41,596 nt of DNA. It comes from Fibrobacteria bacterium (GTDB lineage Bacteria; Fibrobacterota; Fibrobacteria; UBA11236). The translations under genes were made by a program, and so were the position numbers. The stretch's first letter is position 1. Each line of letters opens with the position of its first letter. Location of the stretch: positions 1 through 41,596 of the forward strand of contig JBGTHM010000036.1 in the NCBI GenBank assembly GCA_041746255.1, written 5' to 3'. The notes under the pieces are model-generated. The model searched no databases. It was not told the DNA's origin and saw nothing but the letters and a program-made list of their open reading frames with translations. Positions 35,475 to 41,596 of the stretch are shown here, piece by piece.

Positions 35475-37124
35475 TTAGCGGTTGTATTCGCTTAAAGCTT
35501 CCTTGTTCAGTACTTGGAGTTCGGTGCGACGGTTGTGCTTTCGGCCTTCGGCGGTTTGGTTGTCCGCTTTGGGCTGAGTGAGACCATAACCTCTGGCGCT
35601 CAACATGCTATTCAGCTCGGGTGCGACTTGAGCCATATAGCTGCGAACGGATTCGGCGCGACCTTGGCTCAACGTTTGGTTATGCGCAGCGTTGCCGATG
35701 TTATCGGTATGCCCGGATACTTCAATCCGCAACTTAGGGTATTTGGTCAGCATTTTGGCGATGATGTTAAGGTAAGGCTTGGAATTGATGGAGATATCGG
35801 TTTTGTTGGTTTCGAAATAAACCGCATCCATCAAGAGCAGGCCGGTAGAGAGCAATTGTTTTTCCGCTTCACTGCGCTTGGATTTTTCGTCAGCCAAGTT
35901 TCTTTCCGAGTTCGCCAAGGCGATGGAATCTTCACGCGCTTTGTTCGCCATTTGCAGGGAGTCCTGACGGGCTCGCTCGGCTATGCCGGCGCCCTCGGAT
36001 TGGGATTGCTCCAGCAGGCGAACCTGGGCGAGTGAATCCGCACGCGCTTTTTCGGCTATATCGCGGGCTTGTTGGGATAATTCGCGGTTGCTCGATTTCA
36101 ACTGGCTTTTTTCCAAAGCTTCTTGGCGGGCCTTATCCTTTTCCCTTTGGCGTTTTTTGGCTTCGGTATCGAAGGTAAAGGCGAATCCGCCGAATAAACG
36201 GTAGGGCTCGAGTGCGCGAGTCGTAGTGCCATCCCGATCACTGGAGAGAGCGATGTCGCCGCCCAAGGTTACGTTGATATCGTAAGCCGTACGGAATTGC
36301 AGGGAGGGTGTAATCCATAACGGGTCGGTGGAGATGGAAATGTCATTGATGGGCGTACGGGCATTCGCCTCGATACCCAACACAGTGTTGTACATGTTGA
36401 ACTGGGCGCCCGTTGCGAATAAAAGGACGGCATCCGTTCCGGCTTCGGCCGAAGTGACCAATCCTTCATTGAAGTGAAGTTTGAAGGCCTTGTTTTCGTC
36501 GCCGAAAACGAGGGTTTGAATCAACTTGCCCATGAAATCGAGACCGGTGCGGGTTTCGAAATAATTATATCCGTCCGCATTATTGGTGTTGATGGCATTA
36601 TTGGATAAACCTTGATAGATACCCGCTTGCGCACCCATGCGAATCGGCGCGGTGGGGTCAAAAGGAAGAGTCCCCTGGATACCACCACCCATGGTGCCGA
36701 GTCCGGAAGCATCATTGCTGGCATAATCGGTGGAGCCGAAACCCGTAAAAGAGACGAAGACATCGACATGCCGGTTAAGGCCCAGCGAGGCAGCTCCGAT
36801 GCCGGTAAAGATATTGGCGCCATTGTTCGGGCCGCCCGGGAAACCCTTTTGCTGCTGGTACCATGCTCCCTGGAGACCGAAAATCAAACGGCCTTCACCC
36901 AAAGCCTCTGCGGAGGACGTTTGCGATAGCCCGCGGGTGCCGTAAAAAGTGTTGGTCGGGGCGACCACGTGGACTTCGGTTTCGGCTTCAATTTTTTCGG
37001 TCACGGGGGGATCTACGTCGGTGAGTGGGGTTTGCGCTTGGGAAACCGGCACGACGGCCACGAGTAAAACCCCCGCTAGAATCTTTAATTTGTTCAATAA
37101 ATTCGTTAAAATAATATGCCTCAT
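35475..37124 (-). CDS. OmpA-family outer-membrane protein (beta-barrel, coiled-coil linker, peptidoglycan-binding domain)
   Basis: AGAGGT RBS, ATG 37124, signal ending SQA-Q; C-term 'VYFETNK', 'IEVSGHTDNIG....NQTLSQGRAESV..Y', 'GYG..QP..DN.T.EGR..NRR.E'. Confidence 0.9.
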   Translation of the reverse strand: MRHIILTNLLNKLKILAGVLLVAVVPVSQAQTPLTDVDPPVTEKIEAETEVHVVAPTNTFYGTRGLSQTSSAEALGEGRLIFGLQGAWYQQQKGFPGGPNNGANIFTGIGAASLGLNRHVDVFVSFTGFGSTDYASNDASGLGTMGGGIQGTLPFDPTAPIRMGAQAGIYQGLSNNAINTNNADGYNYFETRTGLDFMGKLIQTLVFGDENKAFKLHFNEGLVTSAEAGTDAVLLFATGAQFNMYNTVLGIEANARTPINDISISTDPLWITPSLQFRTAYDINVTLGGDIALSSDRDGTTTRALEPYRLFGGFAFTFDTEAKKRQREKDKARQEALEKSQLKSSNRELSQQARDIAEKARADSLAQVRLLEQSQSEGAGIAERARQDSLQMANKAREDSIALANSERNLADEKSKRSEAEKQLLSTGLLLMDAVYFETNKTDISINSKPYLNIIAKMLTKYPKLRIEVSGHTDNIGNAAHNQTLSQGRAESVRSYMAQVAPELNSMLSARGYGLTQPKADNQTAEGRKHNRRTELQVLNKEALSEYNR

Positions 37125-37267
37125 TTGTTGACCTCTTCTTTCTTCATAAATCAGCAGAATTTGTTCAAGCTGCCTAATTCCGGGGAATTCAGACAATTGC
37201 TAATTATTGGAAAGAAAATAGGGCAATTTAAGAGGCGCTGGAATAGCCCATTGGGATGAAAAAAGGA

Positions 37268-37918
37268 TTAATCCTTTTCTTCCCGGGCGTGATTGGCAAT
37301 TTGCAGGCGGCTGTGCAGCGCCAATTTTTCCATGATGTTGTGGACATGGCTTTTCACGGTGAAGGTGGCGATATTAAGTCTCAATCCGATATCTTTGTTG
37401 CTCAGGCCATCGGAAATCAAGGCGATAACCTCTTGTTCCCGTTGGGTCATGCGTACCGCGACCTTAAGGTTTTTTTTGTTTTTCAAGAGAGCATATTCAG
37501 CCACTTGGGAAAACAGGGAGCTGGCCATGGAGGTGGGAAGGACCTTATCTCCGGCGAAAACCACCCGAATGGTACTGGTAACTTCCGTTAAGGTTGCATT
37601 TTTTAGGATGAAGCCATCCGCCCCGGCCTGTACAAGCTCCATAATGTCTGATTGCGAGGGAACCAAGCCCATCCCGATTATTTTACTGGAAGCATAGGCA
37701 CCTTTGATGGCCTTCGCCACATCCAGGCAGTTTTGGCATTCCAATCCCAGGTCCATCAGGATCACATCCGGTTTCGTGGATTGCATCGTCAGCAGAATGT
37801 CATCCTGCCCATCCGAAGATGCGACTACCGTGACGCCATTTTGTTCATTGAGCATGGCCGTGAGGCCTTCGCGAAGTATGGGATTGTCTTCAATCAGTAA
37901 TATCCGAATCGGTACCAA
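37268..37918 (-). CDS. NarL/FixJ-family response regulator (REC + LuxR HTH), orphan
   Basis: AGGAGG RBS before TTG; 'IRILLIEDN', 'PDVILMDL', 'GADGFILK', 'T.REQEVI.LI..GLSNK.I...L.I...TVKSHVHNI..KL'. Confidence 0.92.
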   Translation of the reverse strand: MVPIRILLIEDNPILREGLTAMLNEQNGVTVVASSDGQDDILLTMQSTKPDVILMDLGLECQNCLDVAKAIKGAYASSKIIGMGLVPSQSDIMELVQAGADGFILKNATLTEVTSTIRVVFAGDKVLPTSMASSLFSQVAEYALLKNKKNLKVAVRMTQREQEVIALISDGLSNKDIGLRLNIATFTVKSHVHNIMEKLALHSRLQIANHAREEKD

Positions 37919-38345
37919 GGTCCCTCCTGAATTCCACTAACAGATCCGGTTGGGACCGGCTGTACTGGGGCAAGGAATGACTCACCCCGCTTCTAAAATT
38001 TAGTTCATAAGGGGCGGTTTTGGTGATTTTGCGGAGGTTTTGCGCATTCTCTGGATTAATTTAGGCTTCGTTTAGCGTGGTAGGCGATTTTACCCAATTT
38101 TCCCCGGATCCGGCTTTCCATCTGGCGCGCCCGAGAGACCCATATTTCCGGGAATCGAGGCCTCATTATGCGCAAAAATCTATTCCCGGCTCTTGGCCGG
38201 CGCCCGCTGGCATTGAGAATCCCGTCACCCCCGGAATTCCGTATAAGAAAACTTTTGATTCCTTTGCATACAGATTAAGTGGAAATTTATCTTGGCGGTC
38301 CATCCCTTAAAGAAGTGAAAGGCTGCCAGCCCGAAAAAATCATCC

Positions 38346-38927
38346 ATGCAAATCGGGGAAAAAAAACGGAAAACCCCTCTTCAGGTGCTCTTGGTTGCAT
38401 GGGGAACTGCCGTCGGTATCGCCCTGGCCCAGGAGGAAACCCTTATCCATTCAGTTCCCGGCTCATCCCATATCGTCTATCGCGTCGTCCATCCCTTCGC
38501 TACCGTGCATGGAAACAGCCGGGAGGCGGACTGCCGCATTTCCTGGGATGCCGACAGCACCGTGACCGCCGTAGATTGTTCCGTTCCCGTTCGCAGCTTC
38601 GACAGCGGCAACCGTCTTCGCGACTCGCATGCCATGGACGCCGTGGAGGCGGATCGATTCCCCGAGGCGGAATTCAACTCGCGCAGTATCGTCCCCTCCG
38701 CAGGCAGGTGGGGTAATTATGAGGTCACGGGTTCCTTGACCTTTCACGGGCAAACACGGGATATTCAGGTAACCGCCACTCCTGAACGGCAAGGTGATTC
38801 GCTGGTGGTAAGCGGAAGCTTCGATATCCGCCTTACGGAATTCGGCGTGGACCGGCCGAGCCTTTTCTTTATTCCCGTGAGGGACGAAGCGCGCATCTCC
38901 TTCAGGATGGTTTTTTCCGGGCTCTAG
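38346..38927 (+). CDS. YceI-family periplasmic lipid/polyisoprenoid-binding protein
   Basis: Signal ending ALA-Q; 'V.SFDSGN..RD.H', 'FP...F', 'V.G.LTFHGQTR', 'F.I.L.EFG..RP'. Confidence 0.85.
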   Translation: MQIGEKKRKTPLQVLLVAWGTAVGIALAQEETLIHSVPGSSHIVYRVVHPFATVHGNSREADCRISWDADSTVTAVDCSVPVRSFDSGNRLRDSHAMDAVEADRFPEAEFNSRSIVPSAGRWGNYEVTGSLTFHGQTRDIQVTATPERQGDSLVVSGSFDIRLTEFGVDRPSLFFIPVRDEARISFRMVFSGL

Positions 38928-39218
38928 GCTTTTTCAACTTACTCCCAAATCGGGCCAGAATAGTTCTGCGTCTCCGAGTGTTCGCCGGTAAATCTCAATC
39001 GCTCCATACCGTTTCGAAATAATTGCTCACGGGCTTTCCGTAGCTGCCGAGCGTAAGCTAGCCGTTATCCAATATAGGGTCTGTACCCAGGTACGAAGTC
39101 AAACGAATCGTGATGAAAAAGAATTCCATAAAACTGTTGCGCTTGGAATGCGATAGGTTTTATTTGTGAATCTCCAAATGCAAGAAGCTTACAAACCTTA
39201 ACCTTTCAAGGAACATTC

Positions 39219-39299
39219 ATGCAAATCAAGGAAATCATGACTGAGAATCATCGGAGCCGAATCCGGAAATGGACCAGGGTTGATAATTGGTTTGCTTGA
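39219..39299 (+). pseudogene. Short ORF resembling a truncated CBS-domain protein N-terminus
   Basis: AAGGA RBS then MQIKEIMTEN..., stop after 26 aa. Confidence 0.35.
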
Positions 39300-39351
39300 A
39301 GTTCCGGCTCGGAAGTTTTCAATCCAAAAATCTGTATAGGAGGAAAACAGC

Positions 39352-39732
39352 ATGGATATCTTGACGGGCATCGTTGCCAGAATCATTTATTGTTCGCCGT
39401 TCATCGTTTTTGGCTTGATGCATTTCATCAACGCCGGTCAAATGTCGATGGTTGTGCCGGGATGGCTTCCCGGCGGAGTGTTCTGGGTATACATCACGGG
39501 TGCGGTCATGATTGTCGCCGCTGCGGGTGTCATTACCGGTAGACAGGGTTTTTTGGCCTCGCTGGTTTTGGCGGCCATGTTGTTGATATTCATCCTCACC
39601 ATCCACATACCGGGCCTTATGAATCCCGAAACCATGCAAATGGCCATGAACGGCCTTTTCAAGGATGCCGGACTGATGGGAGGTGCTCTGGTGCTAGCCG
39701 GTACCTATCGCTCCACTCTCCTTTCAAAATGA
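39352..39732 (+). CDS. DoxX-family membrane protein
   Basis: AGGAGG RBS; 'FGLMHF', 'VP.WLPG..FWVY.TG', 'IH.P', 'KD.GL.GGAL'. Confidence 0.88.
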   Translation: MDILTGIVARIIYCSPFIVFGLMHFINAGQMSMVVPGWLPGGVFWVYITGAVMIVAAAGVITGRQGFLASLVLAAMLLIFILTIHIPGLMNPETMQMAMNGLFKDAGLMGGALVLAGTYRSTLLSK

Positions 39733-39970
39733 AGTTAGTTGGATTCAGGTGAGCGATTCGATAATCGGGACTTCGGAGGGCGGCAGCGGTATCGGTTGGA
39801 TTTTTCGCAGGTGCCTATGGCATAGGTTTTCGTCCACGGGCTATGCGCATGGGCTGTTTACTTTAACGCGGGGATATGAGCGCCGGCGGAGTACTCACCA
39901 ATTTCCTATATACTTTAAAAAAGTACGTAGTAATTTTGACTAGGCTTTAAATTAGTACTAGACTTTGGTC

Positions 39971-41080
39971 ATGGAACGATATCTCCTGGGCCAAATTGAA
40001 CGCGATCTCAAGCGAAAAATGGTCTTTCTCGGCGGCCCTCGCCAGGTAGGGAAAACTACGCTGGGCCTGCGGCTCCTGCAGAATCCGGACGGATATCTGA
40101 ATTGGGACGTTCCCGAACACCGCGAAAAAATCCTCAAGTGGGAAATTCCCCCGGAACCCCGCTTGGTGCTGGATGAAATCCATAAGTACCGCGGCTGGAG
40201 AAACCACCTCAAGGGTCTCTACGATGCGCGTAAGGGTAAGCAGGAAATCCTCGTCACTGGCAGCGCAAGGCTGGATTATTACCGCTATGGGGGGGACTCC
40301 TTGCAGGGGCGCTATCACTTCCTCCGCTTGCACCCGCTCTCGGTCGCGGAACTCGAGATCGAAAACGAATCGGGTCTCGCGGATCTCATGGCCTACGGCG
40401 GATTTCCCGAACCCTTTTTCGCGGCCTCGGAAACCGAATCGCGTCGTTGGTCGCTGGAATACCGGACGCGCCTGGTGCGGGAGGATCTGGTCTCACTGGA
40501 ACGCGTGCAGGACCTGGGTCGAATCGAACTGCTCATGCTGAATTTGCCGGAACGGGTGGGCAGCCCCTTGTCTATTAACGCCCTGCGGGAGGATCTGCAG
40601 GTGGGCCATGCCACCGCTGCGCACTGGATCGAGATCCTGGAAAGGTTATATGCGGTGTTCCTGTTACCCCCCTTCGGAGCGCCCCGGTTGCGCGCCGTCA
40701 AGAAGGAACGGAAACACTATCACTTCGACTGGACACTGGTTCCGGAAGCGGGCCTGCGCTTCGAAAACCTTACGGCCTGCCATTTGCTAAAATGGGCGCA
40801 TTTCCAGCGCGACACGCAGGGTCGAGAGGTAGAACTTCGATACTTCCGCGACGTCCTTCGCCGCGAGGTAGACTTCGTGCTGTGCGAGGGACGCAACCCC
40901 ACGCACTTCATCGAATGCAAGGAATCCGACGCTGCGGTTCATCCGGGATTAAAGTACCTCAAGGAGCGGTTTCCCAAGGCGGAAGCGTGGCAGATCGCTT
41001 TGCGTGGAAAGAAAGATTACGTCTCTCTCGAGGGAATCCGCGTCGCCCCGGCATGGAAGTTTTTAAAGGAGCTGGTGTAG
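39971..41080 (+). CDS. AAA_14 + DUF4143 ATP-binding protein with C-terminal PD-(D/E)xK-like motif
   Basis: GPRQVGKTT, LDEIH, VTGSA, DSLQGRY, YGGFPE, K.Y.FD, FEN, YFRD...EVDF...IECK. Confidence 0.9.
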   Translation: MERYLLGQIERDLKRKMVFLGGPRQVGKTTLGLRLLQNPDGYLNWDVPEHREKILKWEIPPEPRLVLDEIHKYRGWRNHLKGLYDARKGKQEILVTGSARLDYYRYGGDSLQGRYHFLRLHPLSVAELEIENESGLADLMAYGGFPEPFFAASETESRRWSLEYRTRLVREDLVSLERVQDLGRIELLMLNLPERVGSPLSINALREDLQVGHATAAHWIEILERLYAVFLLPPFGAPRLRAVKKERKHYHFDWTLVPEAGLRFENLTACHLLKWAHFQRDTQGREVELRYFRDVLRREVDFVLCEGRNPTHFIECKESDAAVHPGLKYLKERFPKAEAWQIALRGKKDYVSLEGIRVAPAWKFLKELV

Positions 41081-41193
41081 GCGATCAATGGCTCCGAATC
41101 CGGCTCAGAAGAAGTCGCGGTTAAAATACTGCCGTTCCCGTGAAAGCGAAATAGAGGCATTGCCATACTCCTGGTGCGCAAAATGCGATACGG

Positions 41194-41596
41194 TCATAAT
41201 ATTCTTTGCAATTTCAGCACAAAACCCAGAAACCGTTTGGCTCCTTTGGTCAAGCGACCCCGGTTATAGAGATCTCCCAGCTTACGAAGGATTTCCATCT
41301 GTGTAGGGTAGGGATGAATGACATTGGCAATAGACCCCAGGCCGATTCCACCTGACATCGCCACCGTCACTTCCGAAATCATTTCCCCCGCTCGATTGTG
41401 AACTAGGGTGGCGCCGATGATTTTATCGGAACCTTTTTTTACGAGCACTTCGGCGAAGCCTTCTGTTTCCTCTTCGAGTAGTGAGCGATCGATGTCCTTG
41501 AAATCAAGCCGGAAGGATTGGACATCAATTCCTTTTTCCGCGGCGTCTTTTTCGTACATGCCCACATGCGCCACTTCGGGATCGGTATAGGTCACC
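41194..41596 (-). CDS. 3' end of a pyridine nucleotide-disulfide oxidoreductase (MerA/LpdA-like dimerisation domain), truncated by the window edge
   Basis: TYTDPEVAHVG, I.GAT.V...AGEMI.E, IHPYPT; no C-terminal Cys-Cys. Confidence 0.88.
   Translation of the reverse strand, partial: VTYTDPEVAHVGMYEKDAAEKGIDVQSFRLDFKDIDRSLLEEETEGFAEVLVKKGSDKIIGATLVHNRAGEMISEVTVAMSGGIGLGSIANVIHPYPTQMEILRKLGDLYNRGRLTKGAKRFLGFVLKLQRIL

Noticed and set aside
37920..38345. tRNA/ncRNA or small genes in the divergent regulator-yceI spacer
   Set aside because: No cloverleaf, T-loop or convincing ORF; consistent with promoter DNA
41194..41596. Mercuric reductase merA
   Set aside because: It lacks the C-terminal Cys-Cys pair of true MerA and no mer genes are visible; only the family can be called

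Overview
A GC-rich bacterial chromosomal window with about 34 protein-coding genes. I recognised no rRNA, tRNA or CRISPR array. C-terminal 'DALG'/'Y.SNGR' tails on two proteins suggest an FCB-group organism, possibly Fibrobacterota (inference only). From left to right: (1) the end of an IS21-like element inserted into a Kelch-repeat gene; (2) a minus-strand run thyA, folA, MscS-like channel, soluble MgtE/CBS paralogue, mgtE, gluconokinase, yqeY; (3) an unusual priming sugar transferase/STAS/XrtA-type deacetylase fusion and a possible histone-fold-like small protein; (4) an envelope operon (beta-barrel, esterase lipoprotein, MORN lipoprotein), a LarA-like protein and a signal-peptide-bearing ketose epimerase; (5) an AT-rich cassette-like gene followed by a degenerate attC-like palindrome; (6) an aminotransferase, a secreted reprolysin-type protease with Leu at the Met-turn, an MFS transporter and argH; (7) a trehalose/alpha-glucan cluster (treS-mak, ppk2, treY, treZ); (8) a CPA2 antiporter, a TIGR04283-type glycosyltransferase, an OmpA plus orphan NarL-type regulator pair, YceI, DoxX, an AAA_14/DUF4143 ATPase and the 3' end of a disulfide oxidoreductase. 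The best candidates for something undescribed are the PGT-STAS-deacetylase fusion, the CPxWPFC-terminated protein next to it, the MscS/MgtE-N/MgtE trio, and the eukaryote-like DHFR with a long insertion. All calls are from motif recognition by eye; no searches were run.
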